A stretch of DNA of 63,399 nucleotides, the filler included. It is 11 parts of 11 records of this genome, joined end to end, with 100 filler letters (N's around TTAATTAATTAA, not from the genome) between each part and the next. Parts side by side here need not be neighbours in the genome. Positions count along the whole stretch, not along the records: positions 48,883 to 56,065 come from SRR20825010_4922; positions 56,166 to 59,333 come from SRR20825010_4924; positions 59,434 to 63,399 come from SRR20825010_4946; 8 more parts are not named here. One strand, 5' to 3'. This document shows positions 50,083 through 59,690 of this stretch, in pieces. Position numbers and translations under genes: made by a program. The notes below the pieces were generated by a model. That model saw only the letters and a program-made list of their open reading frames with translations. It made no database searches and was not told the DNA's origin. How positions within the stretch are numbered: the first letter of the stretch is position 1; the number at the start of each line of letters is the position of its first letter.

Positions 50083-50601
50083 ATGTCTGAAACCAGCCTC
50101 AACACAATCAACCTTGCGGACCGCATGGCCAACTCGGCCCAGTTCAAGGCGCTCTATGCCGAAGGGATGGGTCTGGTCGAGGAAACCGCGAACTATCTTG
50201 ACGGCCCCGGCCGGGTGGCCTCGAAGGGTTTGCCGCGGCTGGCCGGCGTTCTCTACGCGGCGGAGTCCATGCGCCTGACCACAAGGCTGATGCAGATGGC
50301 GTCCTGGTTGCTGCTGCAGCGCGCCGTCAACAATGGCGAAATGAACCGAGATCAGGTTCTCGCCGAAAAGAACAAGGTCCGTCTCGACAGCTTCAATTGC
50401 GATCGCACCGCCCAGGGCTGGAGCGACCTGCCGGAAAGCTTCCGCGATCTGGTCGAGCGCTCGCTGCGGATTCAGAACCGGGTGGCGCTGCTCGACCGCG
50501 AGATCTACCGTCCGGTGGAAGCCGCGTCCCTGAAGCCGGACAACGAAAACTCGGTCCAGGCCCAGCAGCATCTCCTGCAGACGGTTTTCACCAAGCGCTG
50601 A
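50083..50601 (+). CDS. rcdA: Regulator of CtrA degradation RcdA (DUF1465)
   Basis: EGMGLVEETANYLDGPGR...YAAESMRLTTRLMQMASWLLLQRAV. Confidence 0.92.
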   Translation: MSETSLNTINLADRMANSAQFKALYAEGMGLVEETANYLDGPGRVASKGLPRLAGVLYAAESMRLTTRLMQMASWLLLQRAVNNGEMNRDQVLAEKNKVRLDSFNCDRTAQGWSDLPESFRDLVERSLRIQNRVALLDREIYRPVEAASLKPDNENSVQAQQHLLQTVFTKR

Positions 50602-50632
50602 AAGCCTGCGCTGCAGCCAAGTCAGATTTCTC

Positions 50633-50662
50633 AAAGCCCGCGCACCTGCCGCGGGCTTTTTT
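50633..50662 (+). terminator. Intrinsic terminator after rcdA
   Basis: AAAGCCCGCG...CGCGGGCTTTTTT. Confidence 0.8.
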
Positions 50663-50704
50663 ACGTTGCTGTGCCGGACGCCACGGTTCCGGTTTGACGA
50701 CAAC

Positions 50705-50730
50705 AAAAAACCCGCCGGGAGCGGCGGGTT
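50705..50730 (-). terminator. Intrinsic terminator after rpmE
   Basis: A6-CCCGCCG-GGAG-CGGCGGG-TT. Confidence 0.8.
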
Positions 50731-50756
50731 CTGAGTGTCGGCGATTGCCGAACGTC

Positions 50757-50978
50757 TTAGAGGCTGAGGCCTTCGAAACGCTTCTTGAACTTCGAAAGAC
50801 GGCCGCCACGGTCCAGCATCTGCTGGTTGCCGCCGGTCCATGCCGGATGCGACTTCGGATCGATTTCGAGGTTCATGGTGTCGCCTTCGGCACCCCAGGT
50901 GGACTGGGTCATGTATTCGGTGCCGTCGGTCATGACCACCTTGATCATGTGGTAATCGGGATGGATGTTCGCCTTCAT
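50757..50978 (-). CDS. rpmE: 50S ribosomal protein L31 (73 aa)
   Basis: [10 protein letters not shown]...[13 protein letters not shown]...[11 protein letters not shown]. Confidence 0.97.
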   Translation of the reverse strand: MKANIHPDYHMIKVVMTDGTEYMTQSTWGAEGDTMNLEIDPKSHPAWTGGNQQMLDRGGRLSKFKKRFEGLSL

Positions 50979-51184
50979 CTTCTTCTTCGTCCTGCCGTTG
51001 GGAGGCCCCTGCGCAGCGATGCTTGCGGCATTTTGGCCAAACACATAAATGAAGCCGGTGTCCCTTGGAACAACGACTTCCCAATTCGATGGCGAGCCTA
51101 TACATGAAGGCACTGTCGATAACAAGGGCCGCATCCGTTTTTGCCGGTCTGCCTGTCCATTGAATGCGCATACCAGGAGCAGAC

Positions 51185-53014
51185 GTGGCTGAACAAACCG
51201 ATACACCCAAAACGGCCCGCCTTTCGGTACGGCCGCTCGCCCGGCTTTTTCCGTATATCCGGCGTTATCCGCATCTGGTGATCGGAGCGCTTGCCTTCCT
51301 GCTGCTGGCCGCCGTCACCACACTGACCCTGCCCATGGCCGTGCGCCGGATGATCGATCACGGTTTCTCGGCCCAGGACGCGGGTTTCATCAACACCTAT
51401 TTCTCGATGCTCGCGGGAATCGCGGTCATGCTGGCGCTTGCTTCGGCCTGCCGCTATTACTTCGTCATCACGCTGGGCGAACGCGTCGTCTCCGACATCC
51501 GCCGCGATGTCTTCGACCACGTCACCCAACTGTCCGCCGCCTTCTATGATGCCAACCGCTCGGGCGAGATCGTCTCGCGGCTGACCGCGGACACCACCCA
51601 GATCAAGTCAACCGTGGGCGCCACCGCCTCGCTTGCTTTGCGCAACACCATCCTGTGCATCGGCGCAGGCGCCATGATGTTCATCACCTCGCCCAAGCTC
51701 TCCGCCCTGGTTCTCGTTGCCATCCCGGTCATCGTTTTCCCAATGGTCGGCTTCGGCCGCAAGGTGCGCAAACGCTCCCGCATGGCCCAGGACAGCCTGG
51801 CCGAAGCCATGACCTTTGCCGGAGAGGCCATCGGCGCCACCCGCACCGTGCAGGCCTTCAATACCGAAGCCCGCGCACAGGCCCGCTTCAGCCAGGCCGT
51901 CGAAGCGGCCTTCTCAGCAGCCCGCCAATCCATCCTTGCCCGCTCCATCCTCACCGGTTTTGCCATCGCCATGGCCTTCGGCTCCGTCGTCGCGGTGCTC
52001 TGGTATGGCGCCCAGTCGGTGCTGTCAGGCGAACTCTCGCCCGGCACATTGGGCCAGTTCCTGCTCTACTCGGTCTTTGCCGCTGGAAGCCTCGGCGCCT
52101 TGTCCGAGGTCTGGGGTGAACTCTCCCAGGCCGCCGGAGCCGCAGAACGCCTGAGCGAGCTTCTTGACGAGGTGCCCGAAATCCGCGCGCCGCAATCCCC
52201 GAAGGCGCTGCCCTCCCCCGCGATCGGCGATATCCGGTTCGACAACGTGCATTTCGCCTATCCGTCGCGGCCCGATACATCCGCGCTGACCGGAACCAGC
52301 TTTCACGTCCGCCCCGGCGAGACGGTGGCGGTGGTCGGCGCGTCCGGCGCCGGCAAGTCGACCCTGTTTTCGCTGATCCTGAGATTCTACGACACCACCG
52401 CCGGAACCGTCTTCATCGACACTGTCGATGTCCGTGAAGCCGACCCGGCCGATGTGCGCTCCCGCATAGCCCTGGTTCCGCAGGATGTGACGATTTTTGC
52501 AGGCAGCGTCGGCGACAACATCGCATTCGGAAGATCCGGCGCCAGCCAGGAGGACATCGAGGCAGCGGCCATGGCGGCCCAGGCGCATGATTTCATCATG
52601 GCGCTCGACAAGGGCTACGACACCCAGGTGGGCGAGCGCGGCATCACGCTGTCGGGCGGTCAACGCCAGCGCGTGGCAATCGCCCGGGCAATCCTGCGCG
52701 ACGCGCCGATCCTGCTGCTCGACGAGGCCACCTCGGCACTCGACGCGGAAAACGAAACGCTGGTGCAGAAGGCTCTCGAAGGGCTGATGCTCCACCGCAC
52801 AACGATCGTCATTGCCCACCGTCTGGCGACCGTGCTGCGCGCCGACCGTATCCTGGTGATGGACAAGGGCCGGATCGTCGAGGAAGGCACTCATGTCGAA
52901 CTGGTCGCCCGCGGCGGGCTCTACGCTCGTCTCGCGCGGTTGCAGTTCGAGCACGGGGCGGAGGCGCTTTCCGCCGAGGCCTTTACCCCCGCCGAATCGA
53001 CAGCCGGCAAATAA
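51185..53014 (+). CDS. ABC transporter, fused permease/ATPase (MsbA-like exporter)
   Basis: TM domain, [31 protein letters not shown] start after AGGAG. Confidence 0.93.
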   Translation: MAEQTDTPKTARLSVRPLARLFPYIRRYPHLVIGALAFLLLAAVTTLTLPMAVRRMIDHGFSAQDAGFINTYFSMLAGIAVMLALASACRYYFVITLGERVVSDIRRDVFDHVTQLSAAFYDANRSGEIVSRLTADTTQIKSTVGATASLALRNTILCIGAGAMMFITSPKLSALVLVAIPVIVFPMVGFGRKVRKRSRMAQDSLAEAMTFAGEAIGATRTVQAFNTEARAQARFSQAVEAAFSAARQSILARSILTGFAIAMAFGSVVAVLWYGAQSVLSGELSPGTLGQFLLYSVFAAGSLGALSEVWGELSQAAGAAERLSELLDEVPEIRAPQSPKALPSPAIGDIRFDNVHFAYPSRPDTSALTGTSFHVRPGETVAVVGASGAGKSTLFSLILRFYDTTAGTVFIDTVDVREADPADVRSRIALVPQDVTIFAGSVGDNIAFGRSGASQEDIEAAAMAAQAHDFIMALDKGYDTQVGERGITLSGGQRQRVAIARAILRDAPILLLDEATSALDAENETLVQKALEGLMLHRTTIVIAHRLATVLRADRILVMDKGRIVEEGTHVELVARGGLYARLARLQFEHGAEALSAEAFTPAESTAGK

Positions 53015-53150
53015 TTCGGAAATCCGCCGGCCGGATTATTGTGAAACCAGTCAAATCAGGGTAATTGTCTGGCGTTCGTCTGGAAGCCACGCGGGGGGCG
53101 GGACCTCTGTCCGCGGGCTATAACAGGAACATTCAGAAGGTGTATCCACG

Positions 53151-54059
53151 ATGCGGAATGACGCGGAGTGGCGGACCCTGCTTCTGGCAGGCGTTTGCTA
53201 TGCTGTGTGGTTGTTGCTGGCGTTCGGGTGGGCTGACCTGCCGGACATATTGCGTGTCCTGCTGCTGATCCCCGTGATCACGCTGCATTCCTCGCTCCAA
53301 CATGAATTTTTGCACGGTCATCCATTCAGGAACCAGAAGCTAAACGATCTCTTGATCTCACCGCCAATTGGAGTGCTGGTGCCCTACCTGCGCTTCAAAT
53401 CCTGCCATCTCACCCACCACATCAACGAAAACATCACCGATCCCTATGACGATCCGGAGAGCTATTACCTCGACCGGGACATATGGGCGGCGATACCCGG
53501 ATGGCTCAAAGGCCTGCTCATTGCCAACAATACCCTTGCCGGACGGATCACCATCGGACCGGCACTCGCCACGATCGGCTTCCTGCGCAGCGAGTTCGTT
53601 CGCGCCAAGGCCGGTGACACAACCATCCTTAAGGTATGGCTGCGTCATTTCATGGCAGTAGCCTTGCTGTTCGGGCTGATCGGCATCTTTGGCAGCCTGC
53701 ATCCGGCAGCCTACTTCGTTGCCGCCTATTTCGGCATGGGATTGCTGATGGTGCGCTCCTTCATCGAGCACCAGGCCGTCGAAAAAGCCAACCAGCGCTC
53801 GGTGATCATCGAAACCAGGGGGCCGTTGAGCCTGTTGTTTCTCAACAACAACTTCCACTCGGTGCACCACGCCTATCCCTCGCTTGCCTGGTACCGGATT
53901 CCCGCTTTCTTTCGGGAGAACCGCGCCCGGTTCCTGCGCATGAACGGCGGCTATCGCTACCAGAGCTACTGGGAAGTGTTCCGCCGCTTCGGCTTCCGGC
54001 CGAAGGAGCCGGTGGCGTGGCCGATCGAGCCCCGCAAACGGCGCGGCGACAGCGCGTGA
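53151..54059 (+). CDS. Membrane fatty-acid-desaturase-superfamily di-iron enzyme
   Basis: Three His boxes: HEFLH, HLTHH, HSVHH. Confidence 0.88.
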   Translation: MRNDAEWRTLLLAGVCYAVWLLLAFGWADLPDILRVLLLIPVITLHSSLQHEFLHGHPFRNQKLNDLLISPPIGVLVPYLRFKSCHLTHHINENITDPYDDPESYYLDRDIWAAIPGWLKGLLIANNTLAGRITIGPALATIGFLRSEFVRAKAGDTTILKVWLRHFMAVALLFGLIGIFGSLHPAAYFVAAYFGMGLLMVRSFIEHQAVEKANQRSVIIETRGPLSLLFLNNNFHSVHHAYPSLAWYRIPAFFRENRARFLRMNGGYRYQSYWEVFRRFGFRPKEPVAWPIEPRKRRGDSA

Positions 54060-54087
54060 AGGACCTGCACCAGCCGGAGGCAGCTCT

Positions 54088-54873
54088 GTGACCGGCGCTG
54101 TCTCGCTGCCCATGTATGACTGGCCGGAGGTCCGCGAGGCAACCGACAGCCTTTGGCAGACGATCCATCGGCACTTGGCGCAACGAGGCATCGACGCACC
54201 CGGCGCTCTTGTGCGCAGCGCCGATCCGGAAGCGCTGTGGACCGACCCTGCCCTGCTCCTGTCGCAGACCTGCGGCTACCCCTACGCCAACAGGCTTGCG
54301 GACAGGGTGGCGCTCGTCGCCACCCCGGCCCATGCCTTCACCGGCGCAGCCCCCGGCAAATATTTCAGCGTGCTCGTCGCCCGCAAGAGCCAGATACCGC
54401 GCCATCTTGGTGAACTCAGCCAGATGCGCTTTGCCTACAACATGGCGCACTCCCAATCCGGTTTCGCCGCCCCGGTCCGGCTGCTTGCCTCAAGCGGCCA
54501 AGCATCCTTGCCACAACCAGTGGAAACCGGCGCCCACCGCGCCTCCATCTGCGCCGTTGCGGCGGCACAGGCCGACTGGGCCGCCATCGATGCAGTCACC
54601 TGGGAACTGGCCAGGCGCCATGAACCGGCGGCGGATGATCTGGTCGTCTTTGCAGGAACGCCTGAAACGCCGGCCTTGCCGCTGATCACAAGCGCTGCAA
54701 ATGCCGGACGCGCCGGCATCATCGCCGATGCGGTCGAGGCGGCAATCGGGGAGCTGGATGATGACGTTCGCAATGCGCTGTTTATTACCGGATTAATGCG
54801 TTTCAAGCCGGAGGACTATGCGCCATTGGCACGGCCGCTGCTGGTGCGACGGGCGTTTCCCCATCTCGGCTGA
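54088..54873 (+). CDS. PhnD/SsuA/transferrin-fold substrate-binding-like protein
   Basis: SLPMYDWPE, LLSQTCGYP, SQSG, TGAHRAS, AAIDAVTW, PALPLIT. Confidence 0.8.
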   Translation: MTGAVSLPMYDWPEVREATDSLWQTIHRHLAQRGIDAPGALVRSADPEALWTDPALLLSQTCGYPYANRLADRVALVATPAHAFTGAAPGKYFSVLVARKSQIPRHLGELSQMRFAYNMAHSQSGFAAPVRLLASSGQASLPQPVETGAHRASICAVAAAQADWAAIDAVTWELARRHEPAADDLVVFAGTPETPALPLITSAANAGRAGIIADAVEAAIGELDDDVRNALFITGLMRFKPEDYAPLARPLLVRRAFPHLG

Positions 54874-54912
54874 TATCGGCGGCCGCCTGATCGGTGCTGC
54901 GCCCGACCCAGA

Positions 54913-55944
54913 TCAGCGTTCGGTCAGCTTGAGCTCGATGCGGCGGTTGGTGGCGCGGTCGGCGTCGGTGTCGCCTTCGGCTATCGGCTGGAACTCGCCG
55001 AAGCCTGCTGCCACCAGGCGGTTGGCAGGCACACCCTCGCCGATCAGGTACTTGACCACAGATGTCGCGCGGGCGCTGGAAAGCTCCCAGTTGTCGGCGT
55101 AGCGCCCTGTCCCGGACAGCGGCACGTTGTCCGTGTGGCCATCGACGCGCAGCACCCAGTTGATCTCCTCGGGGATCTCGCGGGCAAGCTCGATGATCGC
55201 GGCTGCGAGCTTGGCCATCTGCTCCTTGCCCGCGGGATTGAGCTCGTTGCCGCCTGACGGGAACAGCACTTCCGACTGGAACACGAACCGGTCGCCCACC
55301 ACCCGCACGTCCTCGCGGCTCGCCAGGATCTCGCGCAGGCGGCCAAAGAAATCGGACCGGTAGCGATTGAGCTCCTGCACCCGCTGGGCCAGTGCGACAT
55401 TCAACCGGCGGCCAAGATCGGCGATCTTCGCCTGGGTTTCCCGGTCCTTGCTTTCGGAAACCTCGAGCGCATCTTCAAGCGCGCCGAGCTGGGTCCTGAG
55501 TGCTGCGATCTGCTGATTGAGCAGATCAACCTGGTTCAGCGCCCGCTGCGAGACCTTCTTCTCGGCATCAAGCGTTTCCGACAGAGTGCCGATCCTGGCT
55601 TCCGCAGCCGCACTTGCACCCGAACCGCTGGCCAGCAGTTCCTGCAGCCGCGACCGGTCGGATTCCGATTCCGACAGCGACGCCTGCAGATTTGCCAGCG
55701 TATCCTCGAGGTCCTGCTTGCCTGAGCGCTCGAGCGCCAAGAGCTGGGTCAGCTCATTGATCTGGCTGTTGAGCCGGTTGAGCACTTGGTCCCGGCCCGA
55801 TATCTCGCGCGACAGGAAAAACTGCGCCAGAACGAACACCGTGAGCAGGAACATGATCGCCAGCAGCAATGTCGACAGCGCATCGACAAATCCCGGCCAG
55901 TAATCGACCGTCCGCTCCCGCCGCCGGTTTCGTGCCAGCGCCAT
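54913..55944 (-). CDS. MotB/OmpA-like peptidoglycan-binding protein (homolog of 31492..32499)
   Basis: DYWPGFVDAL TM, coiled coil, VDGHTD...NWELSSARA...NRRIELKLTER. Confidence 0.9.
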   Translation of the reverse strand: MALARNRRRERTVDYWPGFVDALSTLLLAIMFLLTVFVLAQFFLSREISGRDQVLNRLNSQINELTQLLALERSGKQDLEDTLANLQASLSESESDRSRLQELLASGSGASAAAEARIGTLSETLDAEKKVSQRALNQVDLLNQQIAALRTQLGALEDALEVSESKDRETQAKIADLGRRLNVALAQRVQELNRYRSDFFGRLREILASREDVRVVGDRFVFQSEVLFPSGGNELNPAGKEQMAKLAAAIIELAREIPEEINWVLRVDGHTDNVPLSGTGRYADNWELSSARATSVVKYLIGEGVPANRLVAAGFGEFQPIAEGDTDADRATNRRIELKLTER

Positions 55945-55947
55945 CGC

Positions 55948-56064
55948 CTATTTTTCCCCGATCTTGTCGCTGAGCTTGTCGAGGGTTTCGCGCATCCGCC
56001 GCGATTCCACCTGCTGCGCCTCGATCCAGTCCCTGAGCATCTGCTGCTCGTTGCGCATGTTCTT
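55948..56064 (-). CDS. C-terminus of a MotA-like partner (5'-partial)
   Basis: Manual translation KNMRNEQQMLRDWIEAQQVESRRMRETLDKL..., similar to EHMREEQKLVKRMAENQ of 30509..31480 and in the same relative position. Confidence 0.7.
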   Translation of the reverse strand, partial: KNMRNEQQMLRDWIEAQQVESRRMRETLDKLSDKIGEK

Positions 56065-56065
56065 G

Positions 56066-56165
56066 NNNNNNNNNNNNNNNNNNNNNNNNNNNNNNNNNNN
56101 NNNNNNNNNTTAATTAATTAANNNNNNNNNNNNNNNNNNNNNNNNNNNNNNNNNNNNNNNNNNNN
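56066..56165. other. Artificial contig linker
   Basis: N44-TTAATTAATTAA-N44. Confidence 0.99.
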
Positions 56166-56226
56166 TAGTCGACGCGCACAGAAGAACACCCACAGCGCAA
56201 AAAAGAGTTTTAACCCACGATTTCAT
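56166..56226 (-). CDS. N-terminus of a probable exported protein (3'-partial)
   Basis: MKSWVKTLFCAVGVLLCAST signal-peptide-like; AGAGGA RBS upstream. Confidence 0.55.
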
Positions 56227-56687
56227 ATTTTCCTCTATCGGAGATCGATATCTCTCAGGGATCGTGAAATCAGTACTTTTTATGAAAGAAATCGCCCCAG
56301 AATATGCCCCTAGTCCGACGATGGCTAAATTGTAGTGAAGCAGACCTTATTCCGTCAATTAATGAGAAATCAGGGGTATCATGGCAAAGGTATGGCCAAT
56401 TTGTGGCGAAAACAGGTAAAAATATAACAAAATTAAAGAGTTAGACGCCTTTTTCTCTGGTGATGCAGGCCAGACTATTCACGAAAATGTCAAGAGCGTG
56501 CGGCTCTTTTCAGGGAGGCATGGTTAATGAATATGGTTAATTCGATCCGAATTCAGCTTATTTTTTGTGCAGTGCGGCAATGTCGTAAAATTTATGCGAA
56601 TCAGATGATTGCCTGATGCGGAAAATTAGTAGAGGCCTTGCAATGAACATCACGCAACTCATCAAACCGGTGATGCTGAAAATCCAA

Positions 56688-56855
56688 TTATTCAGACTTT
56701 ATCTTCTCGCCCGCCTTAATGACGGCATCGCCCGCTTTGTTCATATTCTTGCTTGTGTCCTCTTTTACGCCTTGCCAGGTATCGCTGCAACCACTGACCA
56801 TCAGAGAGGCAGACAAAAGGATTGCAGTCAAAATTGCACGCGAAAAGAAAGTCAT
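56688..56855 (-). CDS. Small entericidin (EcnA/B)-like lipoprotein, 55 aa
   Basis: Manual translation MTFFSRAILTAILLSASLMVSGCSDTWQGVKEDTSKNMNKAGDAVIKAGEKIKSE*; lipobox VSGC. Confidence 0.7.
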   Translation of the reverse strand: MTFFSRAILTAILLSASLMVSGCSDTWQGVKEDTSKNMNKAGDAVIKAGEKIKSE

Positions 56856-56961
56856 TGCGGATCACCCCGATTTGTCAAATTGATAAACGTAAATTAGTCA
56901 GCGCAATCTGAATTTGCAACCGTTTCTCGATTTCCACTAAGTTGAATAGTATGATCACACG

Positions 56962-57765
56962 TCAAAATGATTTGGCGGTCCCGAAGGTTTCCAACAGCGT
57001 CATAAGCTTCGGATGGAAATGGAGGCCCGATGAGATGACGTTCCGTTGATTAACAGATTTCCTGTTATAGACAAGTTTGTCTCCGGTTGTGGTGGTTGTA
57101 ATCCCGCCGGCTTCGGAAAGGATGATATCTGCGGCGGCAATATCCCAGTCGCTTTTTTGCGTCAGGGACAGGGACGCATGTGCTTCCTTTGAGGCAACCT
57201 TCACCATCCGGTAGGCAATGGAATTCACATGGCTGAATGTCGCGCCCTTGACCGTATCGAGCCAGCCGTGCCATTCGAAGGATTTGCGGCTTGCAATTAG
57301 CTTGGCGTTCAGCAGATCGGATTTCTTACTGCAGGTAATGGTTTCGCCATTCAGCTTGGCACCTTCGCCGCGCACCGCCTCATAAAGCTCCTCCAATATG
57401 GGATTGTAAACAATCCCGAGAACCGGCTTTCCGTCTTCCACAAGAGCGGCGCAGATCGTAAATTCCGGTTTTCCGGCAATGAACGAGCGTGTGCCGTCAA
57501 TCGGATCGACGATCCACACTCTCGATTTTTCAAGACGCGCGCGATCATCCGCTGTCTCTTCGGAGAGCCAGCCATAATCCGGTCGCGCGGCCAGCAGCTT
57601 CTCCTTAAAGTGGGTATCGAGGGCGAGATCCGCCTCACTCACCGGATCGCCCGGCTTTTTCTCCCAGCTTTTCAGGCTGCTCTTGAAATATCGTCGGGCG
57701 ATATCCCCTGCCTCCTGCATGGTGTGGGAGAGCAGAGCGAAATCAGTGTCAAATTCAGTCGTCAT
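56962..57765 (-). CDS. cysQ: 3'(2'),5'-bisphosphate nucleotidase CysQ / inositol monophosphatase family
   Basis: PVSEAD, WLSEE, WIVDPIDGTRSF, WDIAAA. Confidence 0.85.
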   Translation of the reverse strand: MTTEFDTDFALLSHTMQEAGDIARRYFKSSLKSWEKKPGDPVSEADLALDTHFKEKLLAARPDYGWLSEETADDRARLEKSRVWIVDPIDGTRSFIAGKPEFTICAALVEDGKPVLGIVYNPILEELYEAVRGEGAKLNGETITCSKKSDLLNAKLIASRKSFEWHGWLDTVKGATFSHVNSIAYRMVKVASKEAHASLSLTQKSDWDIAAADIILSEAGGITTTTTGDKLVYNRKSVNQRNVISSGLHFHPKLMTLLETFGTAKSF

Positions 57766-59117
57766 GTACCCGCAACCATCATCCCGTCAATACGCAGGCT
57801 CGGGGCGTTAGTGCCTTGACGGAACTCCAGATCATCTGCGGGCGTGAGGTTCAGGAACATATCCTTCAGATTGCCCGCAATGGTGAGTTCGGAAACCGGG
57901 AAGGCGATCTTGCCGTCCTCAATCCAGAAGCCCGACGCCCCACGGCTGTAGTCTCCCGTGATGCCATTCACCCCGAAACCGATCAGGCTGGTGACATAAA
58001 GGCCCGACTTAATGTCAGAGATTATTTCTTCAAGGGAACTTGTCCCGGCCTCCATATATAGGTTGGTCGTCCCGGAACCCGGCGGGGAGGCTGTGCCGCG
58101 CGTTGCCCTGCCATTCGTTTCAAGGCCGAGTTGCTTAGCGGACGCACTGTTGAGGATCCAGCACTGCAACATGCCTTTCTGGATCAAATCCAGCCGGCGG
58201 TTTGCGACGCCTTCGCCATCGAATGGCTTCGAAGCGGGTCCCCTCGATCTGTGGGGATCATCAATGACATTGATATGTTCAGAAAAAATCTGCCCCCCCA
58301 TCTGATCTTTCAAAAAGCTGGTCCCGCGCGCGACGGATGCCCCGGAAATGGCACCTGAAAAATGCCCGAGAATACTCCCCGACACTCGGTTGCTGTAGAC
58401 AACAGGGAATTGCCCGCTCGGCATTTTCCGTGGATTAAGAAGTTTGACTGCACGTTCCCCGGCAATTTTGCCAATCTCCGAAGGCGAGCGCATATCAGTA
58501 TAATAATGGCGGCTGTCATAATCATAGTCGCGCTCCATCCCCTGGCCTTCACCGGCGATCACGGACGCGCTGACGGAAAAACTGCTGGAGCTATAAGCTC
58601 CCCTGAAGCCGCATGAGGTGGCCAACGCGATTGAGGCACTTCCTGTTGAGGCGCCGCCCCCTTCCGAATTAGTGACGCCTTCGACACCAAGGGCAGCGTC
58701 TTCAGCCTCCTTTGCAATAGCGACAAGATCGTCCGGCGTGAGCGTTGTTTCGTCATAAAGGTCAAGGGCCAGCGTGTCCTTCGCCAGAAGGTCAGGATTG
58801 GCGAGGCCGCAAAATTCATCCTCCGGGATGTTTCGCGCCATGGCGAGAGCTCGGTCCACGAGCTCTTCCAGCAGTTCCGGTTTCGTATCGTTGGAGGAAA
58901 CAAAGGCCTGTTGCTTGCCGATCAGTACCCGAAGGCCGAGATCATGCGCCTCGGATCGTTCGATTTCTTCAGTTTCTCCCTGACGGACGGAGACATTGAC
59001 CGACGTCCCCTGAATGCGGACGGCATCCGCAGCCTCAGCGCCTTTCCGCCGGGCAATAGCAATAAGATCATCGAGGATACTGAGTGAATTCTGCTCATCA
59101 GCTGTTTGTTTGGACAT
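57762..59117 (-). CDS. pmbA: TldD/PmbA family protein (PmbA/TldE type)
   Basis: GMERDYDY, PFDGEGV, GVNGITGDYSRGASGFWIE, TIAGNL. Confidence 0.9.
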   Translation of the reverse strand: MSKQTADEQNSLSILDDLIAIARRKGAEAADAVRIQGTSVNVSVRQGETEEIERSEAHDLGLRVLIGKQQAFVSSNDTKPELLEELVDRALAMARNIPEDEFCGLANPDLLAKDTLALDLYDETTLTPDDLVAIAKEAEDAALGVEGVTNSEGGGASTGSASIALATSCGFRGAYSSSSFSVSASVIAGEGQGMERDYDYDSRHYYTDMRSPSEIGKIAGERAVKLLNPRKMPSGQFPVVYSNRVSGSILGHFSGAISGASVARGTSFLKDQMGGQIFSEHINVIDDPHRSRGPASKPFDGEGVANRRLDLIQKGMLQCWILNSASAKQLGLETNGRATRGTASPPGSGTTNLYMEAGTSSLEEIISDIKSGLYVTSLIGFGVNGITGDYSRGASGFWIEDGKIAFPVSELTIAGNLKDMFLNLTPADDLEFRQGTNAPSLRIDGMMVAGT

Positions 59118-59178
59118 AGACACCCTGACTGAAAAATAATAACCCACCATACATAGGTGGCGGAGGCCGAAAATGGAA

Positions 59179-59331
59179 TCAGAAAAGCAAATTCATTCCC
59201 GTAAGGCCATCCCAGAGCAGCTTTCCGCCAATTAACAACACCAGCACATAGGCGATACGATAAAAGAGGACCTCTGAAACCATTTTATGAGCCTTGACGC
59301 CCATCCAGATACCGAGCGGCGCGAGCGGCAA
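59179..59331 (-). CDS. TauE/SafE (sulfite exporter) family, C-terminal fragment
   Basis: Manual translation LPLAPLGIWMGVKAHKMVSEVLFYRIAYVLVLLIGGKLLWDG. Confidence 0.7.
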   Translation of the reverse strand: MPLAPLGIWMGVKAHKMVSEVLFYRIAYVLVLLIGGKLLWDGLTGMNLLF

Positions 59332-59333
59332 CA

Positions 59334-59433
59334 NNNNNNNNNNNNNNNNNNNNNNNNNNNNNNNNNNNNNNNNNNNNTTAATTAATTAANNNNNNNNNNN
59401 NNNNNNNNNNNNNNNNNNNNNNNNNNNNNNNNN
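59334..59433. other. Artificial contig linker
   Basis: N44-TTAATTAATTAA-N44. Confidence 0.99.
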
Positions 59434-59434
59434 C

Positions 59435-59674
59435 GCGGGCACCATCACCTGCAATTACGACGGTGCAAACAAACACCTCACCATCATCGAAGATGATGTA
59501 TTTATTGGTTCTGACACACAACTGGTTGCACCTGTCACCGTAAAAAAGGGCGCAACCCTTGGCGCAGGAACCACCTTGACCAAAGACGCGCCCGAGAATG
59601 CACTCACCGTGTCGCGCGCCAAACAAATCACGATCACGGGCTGGAAACGCCCGGTCAAATCAACCAAAAAATAA
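59435..59674 (+). CDS. glmU: GlmU C-terminal fragment
   Basis: [34 protein letters not shown]...GWKRPVK*. Confidence 0.95.
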   Translation, partial: AGTITCNYDGANKHLTIIEDDVFIGSDTQLVAPVTVKKGATLGAGTTLTKDAPENALTVSRAKQITITGWKRPVKSTKK

Positions 59675-59690
59675 AGGAATACCTCACACC

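Noticed and set aside
49966-51210. 414-aa minus-strand ORF
   Set aside because: Crosses rpmE out of frame, two terminators and the antisense of rcdA; spurious
56616-56897. 93-aa plus-strand ORF
   Set aside because: The opposite strand encodes a more credible lipoprotein with a lipobox
3250-59433. Ten regularly formatted TTAATTAATTAA units, as a possible repeat array or CtrA-like sites; ORFs ending in X...LIN
   Set aside because: They are embedded in N runs of fixed length and are artificial linkers
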